A stretch of 63,800 nt of DNA, filler included, from Octopus bimaculoides (GCF_001194135.2; 4 parts of 4 records of this genome joined end to end with filler, not necessarily neighbours in it); one strand, 5' to 3'; positions 25,096 to 38,024 are shown, numbered from the whole stretch's first letter. Notes: generated by a model not told the origin, from the sequence alone. A program made the numbers and translations.

Positions 25096-25362
25096 ACATA
25101 GCGTTTCAAGCCTACGTTCCTCCACAGAAAGAAACAAGGAGAGAAAATAAAGGATGTGTAGTGGCTAGCGATATACACACATATATATATACATGCATAT
25201 ATATAAATATGTACATATACACCCCCCCCCACACACACACACACATATATATATATATAAATTTAAAGAATGGAGTAAACGCATGTTATAACTGCATACT
25301 TTTATCTATCTATTAACCCATTTTTATCCGAATTATTTTTAATAGGAGAAAATAAATACATA

Positions 25363-25427
<65 letters not shown>

Positions 25428-25498
25428 CTTTATCACTATCATTAAAAATAAAAATAATAATAAAGCAGCCAAGAAGCTTAACCAATATAGGTAAATAT

Positions 25499-25932
25499 AC
25501 ATGAAAATTTAGGGTATAAAAAATATATCCTAGCTATGTGAGAAAGAAGAGTCATCTCTCTAAAGCCACATATTTCTCACTAGAAGCAAAACACCCAGAG
25601 TTAATGTAACGAATATAAGAAGAAACAGCCTTATGCAAAACAGAAAGAAAAAATCCAGTCGTCTGCGCAAGGTGTAGTTTTGTATATTCTGAAAAAATAG
25701 TTATATGCAGTAAGTTCAGGTGATGGTCTTAAGTGTTTGGCACTAAAGGTGAAATCAATTGATACTCAGATGTGTTTTCTATGTGTTTTCGTGAAGGCAA
25801 GAGCTATGGTTTTTTATATTCGCTATATTAACCAGGCATGTTTTGTTTATAGTGAGAAATTTGTGGCTTTGGAGATTGGAGTCTTCTTTCTAGCAGAGGT
25901 GGAATATATATTTCTTACACTCTAAATTTTTA

Positions 25933-25935
<3 letters not shown>
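25499..25935. repeat. Diverged foldback (inverted repeat, arms ~160 bp)
   Basis: AAAATTTAGGGTATAAAAAATATAT...GAAAGAAGAGTC...AAAGCCACATATTTCTCACTA...GTTAAT is mirrored by the reverse complement of ~25770-25935. Confidence 0.7.
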
Positions 25936-25968
<33 letters not shown>

Positions 25969-26756
25969 NNNNNNNNNNNNNNNNNNNNNNNNNNNNNNNN
26001 NNNNNNNNNNNNNNNNNNNNNNNNNNNNNNNNNNNNNNNNNNNNNNNNNNNNNNNNNNNNNNNNNNNNNNNNNNNNNNNNNNNNNNNNNNNNNNNNNNNN
26101 NNNNNNNNNNNNNNNNNNNNNNNNNNNNNNNNNNNNNNNNNNNNNNNNNNNNNNNNNNNNNNNNNNNNNNNNNNNNNNNNNNNNNNNNNNNNNNNNNNNN
26201 NNNNNNNNNNNNNNNNNNNNNNNNNNNNNNNNNNNNNNNNNNNNNNNNNNNNNNNNNNNNNNNNNNNNNNNNNNNNNNNNNNNNNNNNNNNNNNNNNNNN
26301 NNNNNNNNNNNNNNNNNNNNNNNNNNNNNNNNNNNNNNNNNNNNNNNNNNNNNNNNNNNCCCACCATTAATGCTTGACAACTAGTGTTGGTTTGTTTATA
26401 TCCCTCTAAGTTATCAGTTATGCAAAAGAAACTGGTAGAATAAGCATCAGATTTATCAAACACACACAACAACAATTCTAGCTCTAGAGGTTGATATTTT
26501 CAACTAAAACCTTTCATTATGGTGTCCCAGGATGGCTGCAGGCCAATGATTGAAACAACTAAAAGATACAAAGAAAACAACACACACATACACACACATG
26601 CTCACATACACACACCACACACACGTGTATACACATGCTCACATACACACACCACACACACGTGTATACACACACATATATATTTATATATATACAAATT
26701 TATATACACACACGTGTATATACATACATATATATATATATCATCATCATGATTGA

Positions 26757-26788
<32 letters not shown>

Positions 26789-27287
26789 TACACAAATTTA
26801 TATACATATGCACATGTATGTATAAATATCTACATACACGAATATGCATACAGATATATGTATACATACATATTTGCATACATACATACATATATGTAAA
26901 CATACATATGTATGTGTGTATTTCTATACACATACATGCATATACATATACATAATTATATAAACAGACATATACATACATAAAGACACACACACATATA
27001 CATACATATATGTGAGTGTGTGAGAAATTTAATTTGATACATAAGTTAGTTGATGACTAGTTATTGGCTCAGTGACAAATAACAACCAAGACCAGCACGG
27101 AATGGTGTGGGGGGGGGGCAGTGGTGTAGCACATAAAATATACTTGTAAAAGTAAACCATAATTTTCTATTGCATTTTTTAGATATTTTTTTATAAACTT
27201 TATTTCTATTATTTCATTTTTTTTGTTTTTTTTTTGTTAAGTGAGATCACTTTCGAAAGGCGGTCATGCTACTACTACCATAAAATA

Positions 27288-27387
27288 NNNNNNNNNNNNN
27301 NNNNNNNNNNNNNNNNNNNNNNNNNNNNNNNTTAATTAATTAANNNNNNNNNNNNNNNNNNNNNNNNNNNNNNNNNNNNNNNNNNNN
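27288..27387. other. Artificial scaffold-join linker
   Basis: Exactly 44 N + TTAATTAATTAA + 44 N. Confidence 0.95.
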
Positions 27388-27446
<59 letters not shown>

Positions 27447-27454
27447 TAGATATG

Positions 27455-27600
27455 TATATGTAGTTCAAACTTACAGAAAACAAAAGACGAAGACAGGTAA
27501 AGGAACAAACAGGTGTATTAGTTTAACACTCGGGAAGAATGGAAATGTATTTGACATTCCGAGCCGATTCTCTTCAACAGAAAGGACTGAGAGGGAAATG
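27455..27600 (-). mobile_element. PLE-like hammerhead family H1 (subfamily b), decayed
   Basis: Reverse strand CCTTTCTGTTGAAGAGAATCGGCTCGGAATGTCAAA; body matches 43125-43285. Confidence 0.7.
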
Positions 27601-28253
27601 AGCTGAGAGCCGGACAAAGTATTGTCACAGACTAGATACGACCGGCGTTGTGATATGTCTCACACCAATCCCGCCTAATCGTTTAATTTAATGTGTTCTT
27701 CCTTTCATTAAGACGGTCCGGATGTAATTCGAAAGAGATTTAGCTGTTATTTATTGCAAATCGAACGAACATATGGAAGCCCAATTTTTGGCTGGTGGTA
27801 ACTGTGTAAATTTTAATGATGATAATAGTGATGGTCGATTCAGATGTCGATCTTGATAATGATGGTAATGCTGATAATGACAGTGATGTTAATAGTGATG
27901 TGTGATCGGTTGTGTATTTGGTGTGAGTGTGTGGTGGTAAGAATGGATTCATCCGCCGTTTGCTACTTGTAAGCAGCAATCATGGTCAGATAACTGCGGA
28001 GATAATTAGTGACATCTGATGGTAGGAGAACTTGAAGTAGAATCAGTGGCATTTACGTATATTTCAGTAGTAAGTTGTTAAATATTTGCCATTATATTAT
28101 CTGTTCTTGATTGTCCTTTTGACAGCTGAAATGTCCTTCGTTACGTCCCCACTTATATCTTCCACTCCAAACGCTTATAAAGGGAAGACTAAGCAAAATA
28201 GAAAACTCAAACACACACACACATCTGTATAGACAGCAGTCTAATGCATACGG

Positions 28254-28297
<44 letters not shown>

Positions 28298-28299
<2 letters not shown>

Positions 28300-28490
28300 G
28301 AAAATGTACGAAAGAAAACAACAACAGACGAGGACAGGTGATGTAAACAACAAAAGGATGTATTAGTTTGACGCTCGGGAATACAGAAAGTCTTTAACGT
28401 TTCGAGCTACGCTCTTCAATAGAAAGAATACGGAGAAAAGAAGGAGAGAAACACGGAGAAAAAAATTGAATGGTGTTTGGTGAGCGATTA
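28298..28490 (-). mobile_element. PLE-like hammerhead family H1 (subfamily a)
   Basis: Reverse strand TCTTTCTATTGAAGAGCGTAGCTCGAAACGTTAAAGA at 28391-28427; 3' end abuts (TA)n. Confidence 0.85.
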
Positions 28491-28504
28491 ATCATGGCGT
28501 CTGC

Positions 28505-28690
28505 GGACAGAAAGTTCATATATATCAAAGTCAAAAGAGTTTTCACCAAAGGAATTAAAACACTGATGAGAAGAATGAAGGAAGTCATCGATAATGATGG
28601 TAATTATAAAAAGGATGATTATATTTTGATAAAATGTTACATCACTTTTTTCGTTACCAAAATTCGGCCATTACTTATGGGATGACCTAA
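28505..28690 (+). mobile_element. Mariner 3' fragment with right TIR
   Basis: FTKGIKTLMRRMKEVIDNDGNY resembles the mariner transposase C-terminus; ends TTACTTATGGGATGACCTAA + TA. Confidence 0.7.
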
Positions 28691-28847
28691 TATATATATA
28701 TACAATTGAATATAAGTTGCCCGAACCTTGGAAATTCTTCATTTGGACAATGTATTGAAAGAAGATTTGAAAAACGTGTGACGTCAACGTTTACAAGAGG
28801 AAACCGATGGCGAATAAGAAACATGGGTGGAGATAGATCGTCTATGA

Positions 28848-29148
28848 TGGGCGTGGCTTAGTGGTTAGGGTATTCAGCTTGTGATTGTCGTGAGTTCGAT
28901 TTCCTGCGGTGCGTTGTGTCGTTGAGCAAGATGCTTTATTTCACGTTGTTCCAGTCCACTCAGCGGGCAAAAATGAGTTGCACCTGTAATTGAAAGAGCC
29001 AGCCTTGTCTCATTCTGTGTCACGCTGAATCTTCCCGAGAACTACGTTAAGAGTACGCGTGTCTGCAGAGTGCTTAGCCCCATGCACGTTAATTTCACGA
29101 GCAAGCTGTTCCGTTGATCGGATCAACCAGAGCCCTCGTCGTTGTATT
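28848..29148 (+). mobile_element. SINE family D, near full-length; shares its 3' half with family B
   Basis: A-box TGGCTTAGTGG, B-box GAGTTCGATTT, then TTGAGCAAG..CAGTCCACTCAG; 3' part GAGAACTACGTTAAG...GTTCCGTTGATCGGATCAAC is shared with family B. Confidence 0.85.
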
Positions 29149-30209
29149 ATGATGATAGGTGTAACGCTTCGACACAGCATAAACCGAACATCTCAACGAT
29201 AAACGTGAACGTAGAAACCGACTCGATGTGACCAACACAGGATCTCTTCTACAGCGAAGTAACAAATGTCTAGTCTGCGACTGGACTTACGGATCATTAG
29301 TACTATAAAAATCCACAGAAGTTAAAATCGGCGGAGAACCATCGTCGTTCTCTCGGGATTGCTGAAGATGATGCCACGAACAAGTACAATTTATGCTATG
29401 CTTTTACGCATTTCCCATATTCTCAAGGTAACTCACAACACTAAAGTCAGCTTGAAGCTAGGGATAAAAGACACCAAATGGGTTGTGTCACGCAGTGGGA
29501 TCGAACCTGGAACCACTTGATTTGTTGAAGCTAGCTTGTTTGCGTATGGTATTCAGTAAGATGTTGTTCTCAGCATTTCATTTCTGTCGGCTTATTCATC
29601 ATAGTATCTCATTAGACACAATCTGTAACTGTATCATCTTCATAGCAGTATCAGTAACAGTGTAGACTTATGTGAAAAAAAGGTCTGGAGTGCAAGGCTT
29701 GGAAAATAACTCTATTACTGTCCTAGTTAGATAAACAGAGGGAAAGGTATGGATGCTTAGCCTTACATATTAATTATTGAGATCAAGCCCAGAATTGGGA
29801 AAATATGAATCAAAACGCCGTTAACGCATAACTAGCTGAGAAAATACAAGATCTGAGTGTAATGAATAATATAATTCGGTTTAAAAATTAGATTGGTGAG
29901 CTCAACAATATCGAATGATGAGTTAAAGTCAAGAACGTTCTGAAATAGTTACCATATATATACTTGAAACTATGAAATTGTAGAGAGCTTCTAATTATTC
30001 TGCCAATTAAAATATCTGTAGGATTTCTTGCGAATGCGATCTCTTTTTTCCAGACCCACAGAGAAACGTGACCTCTAGAAAGAAGCTAACGAAACACTTT
30101 TTAATTACCTGCTTTGAATTTCTGACAGCGCACGCGCATATATGTAATTATGTACACGTGTAGGCGTGTTTGTAAGTGAGAATTTATGTCTGTTTCGTGC
30201 TCGCGCGCG

Positions 30210-30252
<43 letters not shown>

Positions 30253-30284
30253 ACCCGTGTATCGGTGTGTGTGTAACTATATGA

Positions 30285-30480
30285 ATAATGTACGTAGGTT
30301 TCAAATTTTGGCACAAGTCCAATAATTTTGGTGGACGGGTTAAGTCGATCGTATCGACCTCCAATGCTGATGACAAGCAAAGTCGACTTCGAGAAAATTT
30401 GAACTCAGAACACAAAGAGGGACGAAATATCGCTAAGCATTTCGCTTGGCGTGCTAACGATTCTGCCAGCTCACGTCTTC
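30285..30480 (-). mobile_element. SINE family C
   Basis: AATTTGAACTCAGAAC...CGCTAAGCATTTCGC...GCTAACGATTCTGCCAGCTC. Confidence 0.8.
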
Positions 30481-31352
30481 CTCAAAAAATAAAAATATTA
30501 AGAATGTAGGATGGACACATTGGCCGATTATAACCTTCATTAAATTTTTTGGGGGAGAGCCGCACTTATAAAATATTTTATCGTCTCCATGTGGTGATGA
30601 GCCATGTTTCATGAGGCCCTCTTCCCGAAGAAGTTGCCCATGCCTGATCTACTTAGTCACTGAATTTGCTAGAAATACCCTACGAAATTTCTTGAATTAA
30701 AATATTAATATAAGAAAGACACATTAGACAATATAGGCTTCATTTAAAAAAATCTTTTAACAGACTAATCAGGTTCGGTAGGGTAACAGCCATGACATTA
30801 TTTTACAGGGCTGCCATGAATGGTGAGATGAAGGGAGGATGTTGACACCTAAATTGTAGACCTTATCCCAAAAGTTACGATCTATATAAAATCTATATAA
30901 AAGGAACCTAAGGATCAAATGGCGATGTTAAACCGGACGATAGGTTAAGTTTACCATTCACAAAATTCAGAAATACAAAGGTAGGTCGGAAACCTTGAAT
31001 ACTATTGCCTCGAGTCGGTTCAGAATAGTAACAGATTTTTAAGATTTCGGGTTATATGTGTAGAAGTTATGAAGTGTAATTTAGTGGTGGTGTTGTTGTT
31101 GTAAGATGTGCAGTTTGGCATTGGTTGGTATTGCTTGTACGAATTGTGCGTCTTGTACCAGGTAAATGGGTGAAGTTATAGTCAATGCGGTATGCGTAGT
31201 CTATCGCGTTGAGAATAACAGCATATTTTGGGGTTTCGTGTGTTCAGAATTTTATTTTATTTACCGTTGGTAGATTTATCATGGAAATATCGGTTATACA
31301 TTCAGATTGAGGTGGGCAGTAACAGAAAGAGAGGAGTGATTCTTCCCTAATT

Positions 31353-31386
<34 letters not shown>

Positions 31387-31439
31387 AATAGGATCTCTTG
31401 TGTTACTCTGGGAAGAATTTGAGTGGTCTGACTGTGGCG

Positions 31440-31770
31440 AAGAGCAGCTAGGGATTGTGTTGTTTAATAGGTCATCAATCGTTCTAGTATTGAGAAGTGA
31501 TTTCCAATTCTGATCTTGTTTGTATTGCTATTGTTTAGTTGTGGTAAGGGTAGTAGCAATAAAACACGATGGCAATGATGATGATGCGCCAGTTATGGTA
31601 TTCAGATGAAACGAGAAAGTGGGTAGCTATACTGTGAAGGGCCCTTGATTGTGGGGTTTAATAGGTCATCAATTGCTCTAGTATTGAAGCGTGACTTTCA
31701 GTGTTGATCTTGTTATTGCTATTGTTGTTTAGTTGTAGTAACGGTAGTAGCAGTAGAACATGATGACAAT
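31440..31770. repeat. Diverged ~120-bp direct repeat (period ~200 bp)
   Basis: GTTTAATAGGTCATCAAT..TCTAGTATTGA...TGATCTTGTT...GTTTAGTTGT.GTAA.GGTAGTAGCA occurs at ~31460 and ~31655. Confidence 0.75.
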
Positions 31771-31779
31771 ATTCTTTTT

Positions 31780-31958
31780 CTTGTTTCAGTCATTTGACTG
31801 CGGCCATGCCAGAGCACCGTCTTTAGTCGAGCAAATTGACCCCAGGACTTATTCTTTGTAAGTCTAGTACTTATTCTATCGGTTTATTTTGCCGAACCGT
31901 TAAGTTACGGGGATGTCAACACACCAACATCGGTTGTCAAGCGATAGTGGTGACACAA

Positions 31959-31989
<31 letters not shown>

Positions 31990-32087
31990 AGGCTTTGGTC
32001 GACCCGAGGCTATAGTAGGTGACACTTGCCAAGGTGTCATGCAGTGGGACTGAACCCGGAACCATCTGGTTGAGAAGCAAGCTTCTT
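31780..32087 (-). mobile_element. SINE family A
   Basis: Family match with CpGs intact. Confidence 0.85.
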
Positions 32088-32104
32088 ATTTTATTCTTTT
32101 ATTA

Positions 32105-32340
32105 AAAAAATTTTTTTTTAATGCCCACAAGGGGCTAAACATAGAGGGGACAAACAAGGACAGACAAAGGGATTAAGTCAATTATATCGACCCCAGTGCC
32201 TAACTGGCACTTAATTTATTGACCCCGAAAGGATGAAAGGCAAAGTCGACCTCGGCGGAATTTGAACTCAGAACGTAACGGAAGACGAAATACCGCTAAG
32301 CATTTCGCCCGGCGCGCTAACGTTTCTGCCAACTCGCCGT
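32105..32340 (-). mobile_element. SINE family C, full-length, CpG-intact
   Basis: GACCCCGAAAGG...GTCGACCTCGGCGGAATTTGAACTC...GCCCGGCGCGCTAACG. Confidence 0.85.
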
Positions 32341-32660
32341 TTCTGCCAGTTCGTCGTTTCAGCCACTCCTGCACCTACAAGAGTAAACACAAGAGACAGA
32401 GACAGGCAGAAGCAAGGAAAATGCCCCTTGTATTTGAATACTATGCAAATATTCTTTTAAAAAACTTTCCATTTATTTTTTCCAAAATTTAATTGTTTTC
32501 CATGCTTACAGTTGAAGAAGTCCCAATGACTGAAACCAGTACTGAAATGTTTTTTATAAAGTCATTTTAGCTTTTTCTACCTTGACTTGTTTTTTCCAGA
32601 TATATCAACTCGTGTGTTCCTATTCAACCTTCTACACACACACAGACACACACACACACA

Positions 32661-32702
<42 letters not shown>

Positions 32703-33160
32703 AATTTAATGCTGAGCATGCTTTAGTTCAGTAATATATTTTTCTAGATATTTTGAGCAGTTTTCTTTTTATTTATTTTTGTTCTTTGTTCTTGTTTTGT
32801 GAAGAAACCTAACTTCAAGCAACTTTTTTACAGATCAATTTTTAAACGCTATTTTCTAAGCCTGGAAAAGGTAAGTGGGGGGGGGGATGCAATATTGAAT
32901 TTTGCATCCGCACAAAATTTTAGGGGGTGCAAGTGCACCCCTCGGTTTCCGGGTCCTTGCACACATACACAAAAAAAGCAAGCACGCTCACACACACTCA
33001 CAGAGGCGCGTATATTCGCACACATGCCATCTGCTCACTTTCTTTTCTCCCGCACTATGAATAAATTACGTGTAATGTATGCGATATTTTGTTGAGGTTC
33101 GTATAATTTAGCATAAGTTTAATGCGCATGTAAATATTGCAGGTGTATAGCTATTAACGC

Positions 33161-33199
<39 letters not shown>

Positions 33200-33362
33200 T
33201 GCTTATATGTACATATGATATACCTGACCTGTGTGTATACAAACACAGATATGCATACACACATACACGCGCTCTCACACACACACATATACACGTGTAT
33301 GCACATAAGGCAAATACATACATACATATATATGTATATATATATATTTATATATTATTTAT

Positions 33363-33424
<62 letters not shown>

Positions 33425-33490
33425 TGTGTGTGTGAATGCATGTATGAATGGCTGTACGTACACGTGTAGAAATGTGTGTGTGTGTGTGTG

Positions 33491-33523
<33 letters not shown>

Positions 33524-34114
33524 NNNNNNNNNNNNNNNNNNNNNNNNNNNNNNNNNNNNNNNNNNNNNNNNNNNNNNNNNNNNNNNNNNNNNNNNNNNNN
33601 NNNNNNNNNNNNNNNNNNNNNNNNNNNNNNNNNNNNNNNNNNNNNNNNNNNNNNNNNNNNNNNNNNNNNNNNNNNNNNNNNNNNNNNNNNNNNNNNNNNN
33701 NNNNNNNNNNNNNNNNNNNNNNNNNNNNNNNNNNNNNNNNNNNNNNNNNNNNNNNNNNNNNNNNNNNNNNNNNNNNNNNNNNNNNNNNNNNNNNNNNNNN
33801 NNNNNNNNNNNNNNNNNNNNNNNNNNNNNNNNNNNNNNNNNNNNNNNNNNNNNNNNNNNNNNNNNNNNNNNNNNNNNNNNNNNNNNNNNNNNNNNNNNNN
33901 NNNNNNNNNNNNNNNNNNNNNNNNNNNNNNNNNNNNNNNNNNNNNNNNNNNNNNNNNNNNNNNNNNNNNNNNNNNNNNNNNNNNNNNNNNNNNNNNNNNN
34001 NNNNNNNNNNNNNNNNNNNNNNNNNNNNNNNNNNNNNNNNNNNNNNNNNNNNNNTGTGTTGCAAACAACTTGCACATGCAAGTGCTACCAGTCAAGACTA
34101 TATAACCCATTATT

Positions 34115-34309
34115 ATGATTGACCGTTGACTGAACACTATTCAATTTTTTTTCTCCGTGTTTTTCTCCTTGTCTCCGTATTCTTTCTGTTGAAGAGCGTA
34201 GCTCGAAACGTCAAAGACTTTCCGTATTCCCGAGCGTCATACTAATACATCCTTTTGTTATTTACACCACCTGTCCTCGTCTGTTGTTGTTTTTTCGTAT
34301 ATTCTCCCA
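34115..34309 (+). mobile_element. PLE-like hammerhead family H1 (subfamily a), best-preserved copy
   Basis: Contains the motif at 34181-34217; ends CTCCCA + (TA)n. Confidence 0.85.
34181..34217 (+). ncRNA. Minimal type-I hammerhead variant with CUGUUGA (A6U) core
   Basis: UCUUU-CUGUUGA-A-GAGC(GUA)GCUC-GAAA-C-GUC|AAAGA; 5-bp stem I, 4-bp stem II, loopless palindromic ACGU stem III. Confidence 0.65.
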
Positions 34310-34334
34310 TATATATATACGCATATAAAACCGT

Positions 34335-34621
34335 CTCCGTCGGTTCCAGTTGATCCAAACAGTGAAATACCCTGCTCGGGAAATTAACATGCAAGTGACT
34401 GAGCACTCCACAGACAAACATATCCTTAACGTAGATTCAGCGTGATACAGAATGTGAGGAGGCTGGCCCTGTAAAATACAGATACAACTCACTTTTGCCA
34501 GCTGAACAGTCTGGAGCAACGTGAAATAAATCATCTTGCTTAAGGATACAATGCGCCGCCGGGTATCGAACTCATAACCTTACGATCGTGAGTTGAAAAT
34601 CCCAAGCGTTAAACCATGCCC
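34335..34621 (-). mobile_element. SINE family D
   Basis: Reverse-complement match to 28848-29148. Confidence 0.8.
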
Positions 34622-34654
34622 ACTCACACACGCATATATATATATATATTAGGC

Positions 34655-34812
34655 ACAGATATGGCTGTGTGGCCAGAAGTTAGTTTCCCAATCACATGCC
34701 TCCGAGTTTCGTCACACTTCAAGAAACCTCGTAGACGTGTCTTCTGTTATAGCACCGGGCGGAACAAACTCTTGTGAGTGGATTTGCTAGAGAGAAACTG
34801 AAAGAAGCCCGT
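34655..34812 (+). mobile_element. SINE family A, 5' half
   Basis: TGGCTGTGTGG...CTTGTGAGTGGATTTG...GAAACTGAAAGAAGCCCGT. Confidence 0.75.
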
Positions 34813-35918
34813 AGAGTAAATGTATATATATATATATATAATATGACTGTGTATTTATGCTTGTTTCCCAGCCCCAGTTGTCAATCTTTATTCTAATTTA
34901 TTCGCTATGTACATCCTTTAAGACTTCTGTTGTTTTTCCCGTTTTTATTTTACCTGTAGAATATGTCTATAGATTTTAGCAAATATTTTATGTATGCATA
35001 GATGTAAATGCTGTACATTTATGTGCAATATCTCCGCAAAGAGAAAAGACTGAATGCACTAATTAAGAGAACCCTGTCTATAAACCTTTTATATTGGTTT
35101 TACCTGGTACTTATTTTATCGACCCAGATATATGAAAGGCAAAATCAATCTCAGCGGAAAAGCCAGCAGGAGAGTTACTTCGATAAATAAATAACGTGGG
35201 CATTAACAGTGCTTCGTTTCAATACTAAATTCTATTACCAGATTTTAGCCAGCACTCTATAAAATGGACACACAGAGACATCTTATCTTTACCTACCTAC
35301 CTACCTGCCTATCTATCTATCTATCTATTTATCTATCTATCTATTCTTGGACGACAAAAAGTAGAAGAATAGAAAATTCTGCCGGAGTGCTTTCAACCCT
35401 TTGTTCGGATTTCATGACAGCGCCTTTCTTAACTGACCACGGAGGCGTTGTTTATAAACACACTATTACTAACGGTTAGATTTAGTTACGTAGCATAAAC
35501 AATATATATATATTTTTTAAATTTATTTTATATATAACGTTGACCACTAAGGTGGACATTTAATGTGCTAGAAATAGATCATATCTTGTGTCTACTAAGA
35601 CCTAAATTGCTCTCAAAAGGAAATCAGCAGAATACCAAAGCGTAAGCGGGCAAGACAGTGAAAATTACAGAAATAAAACATTATTAAAACACGAACTAGT
35701 TTCGAAATTAACACTCTTACCGAATGTCTGTTTCTCTTCAGCGTGATTTGTAATGGAATCATAATTCTCAGAATCTTATACAAAGTTGCCCACCGCCAGA
35801 GGTGAACGTGTATATGGTTCTGTTAATTACATCTAAATGGTAAAATTCAAAAGTCTTCGTTTTGGCGCGCTAATTCCGGGAATATGTCTGCAGAAAATAG
35901 TTACTGCGTCGCATATAT

Positions 35919-36094
35919 CCACGTTGAGAACTTGGTTATGGTTAATCAAATTAAAACATAGGGTAAAAAATCATATATTAATTAATATCGATTTATTACC
36001 AGCTAGCTTCCTGGTAATAAATCGATATTAATTAATATATGATTTTTTACCCTATGTTTTAATTTGATTAACCATAACCAAGTTCTCAACGTGG
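35919..36094. repeat. Perfect 84-bp inverted repeat (8-nt spacer) ending at an N gap
   Basis: 35919-36002 is the exact reverse complement of 36011-36094. Confidence 0.85.
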
Positions 36095-36104
36095 NNNNNN
36101 NNNN

Positions 36105-36158
<54 letters not shown>

Positions 36159-36557
36159 TGTATGTATGTATGTATGCATGTATGTATGAATGTATATATG
36201 TATATATATATATGTTATACTCTCTGTATTATAAGACGTATATACATATACACATATATGTATATATTATAGAATATTGTAGTGCCTATGTTATAAAACG
36301 ATATACATGTATTGTATGTGTGTGTATATATATATATTACCTATCCAATACACTGCTGGTAGTGTACCCAATTATTCATACCTAAGTGCTAATTATTGCG
36401 TGGCAATCTCGCAATTGAGTGTTATATATGGGCGGGGGTAAAAAATGGTTTACTCTTGAGTTATACGGCAAATAAGAAAGTGGAAAGGATATAAAACCGA
36501 CAGACATCAGCCGGTAAACATTCTAGTGTGTCTATTTATTCCAATATATTAGATCTG

Positions 36558-36629
36558 GTTCGTTGATGGTTAACAAATAATATTTATTTATTTGATTTGT
36601 TTTGTTTTATTTGTTAACCATCAACGAAC
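36558..36629. repeat. Perfect 23-bp inverted repeat with 26-nt T-rich spacer
   Basis: GTTCGTTGATGGTTAACAAATAA / TTATTTGTTAACCATCAACGAAC. Confidence 0.9.
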
Positions 36630-36699
36630 AAGAACCACGTCATGGTTTTCAAAAAAGTAGGTGACCAATTAGGTTGTAAGACTGACCATGACCTCACCC

Positions 36700-36941
36700 C
36701 ACTTGACCGGCGTTGTTGTGAGGACAAACACAGACACACAAACATATACACACATGTATATATATATATACATAAATGCGACGGGCTTCTTCCAGTTTCC
36801 GTAAACCAAATCCACTCACAAAGCTTTGATCGGCCCGAGGCTATAGTAGAAGACACTTGCCCAAGGTGCCACGCATTGGGACTGAACCCGGAACCATGTG
36901 GTTGGTAAGCGAGCTGCTTACCACACAGCCACCCCTGCGCC
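36700..36941 (-). mobile_element. SINE family A, 5' part
   Basis: CpG-intact family match. Confidence 0.85.
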
Positions 36942-37566
36942 TATATATATATATATATATNNNNNNNNNNNNNNNNNNNNNNNNNNNNNNNNNNNNNNNN
37001 NNNNNNNNNNNNNNNNNNNNNNNNNNNNNNNNNNNNNNNNNNNNNNNNNNNNNNNNNNNNNNNNNNNNNNNNNNNNNNNNNNNNNNNNNNNNNNNNNNNN
37101 NNNNNNNNNNNNNNNNNNNNNNNNNNNNNNNNNNNNNNNNNNNNNNNNNNNNNNNNNNNNNNNNNNNNNNNNNNNNNNNNNNNNNNNNNNNNNNNNNNNN
37201 NNNNNNNNNNNNNNNNNNNNNNNNNNNNNNNNNNNNNNNNNNNNNNNNNNNNNNNNNNNNNNNNNNNNNNNNNNNNNNNNNNNNNNNNNNNNNNNNNNNN
37301 NNNNNNNNNNNNNNNNNNNNNNNNNNNNNNNNNNNNNNNNNNNNNNNNNNNNNNNNNNNNNNNNNNNNNNNNNNNNNNNNNNNNNNNNNNNNNNNNNNNN
37401 NNNNNNNNNNNNNNNNNNNNNNNNNNNNNNNNNNNNNNNNNNNNNNNNNNNNNNNNNNNNNNNNNNNNNNNNNNNNNNNNNNNNNNNNNNNNNNNNNNNN
37501 NNNNNNNNNNNNNNNNNNNNNNNNNNNNNNNNNNNNNNNNNNNNNNNNNNNNNNNNNNNNNNNNNN

Positions 37567-37666
<100 letters not shown>

Positions 37667-38024
37667 AACACACACGCAAAGTGTCAGAGAATCAAAACTG
37701 TCAGTGTGAAACGAGACCGAAATATCTACATACAGTCGAAGTTATTTGCATATTCTTTTGATATTATATTTCAAGTGAGATAAGCGGGAACACCTGTTCA
37801 GAATATGGTCTTTGTGTGTGTCCACAGTCGCTTGCTAGCCATACTGGACACAGGTGCGATTTCGCTATTCGTGGGATTGTTTCCTGTGGTAGTGGTAGTA
37901 GCTGTGATTGTTGTTGTTATCGTCGGCGGCGTCATCGACGTCGACACCGGTGCTGTTTAGCCCAAGGACAGACCCGCTCAAATAGGCCTATTTTCAATGT
38001 CATTCCATCATGACTATTGTTAAT

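Noticed and set aside
30500-30650. hAT-like right TIR (AAGTTGCCCATGCCTG)
   Set aside because: No matching left TIR or TSD found.
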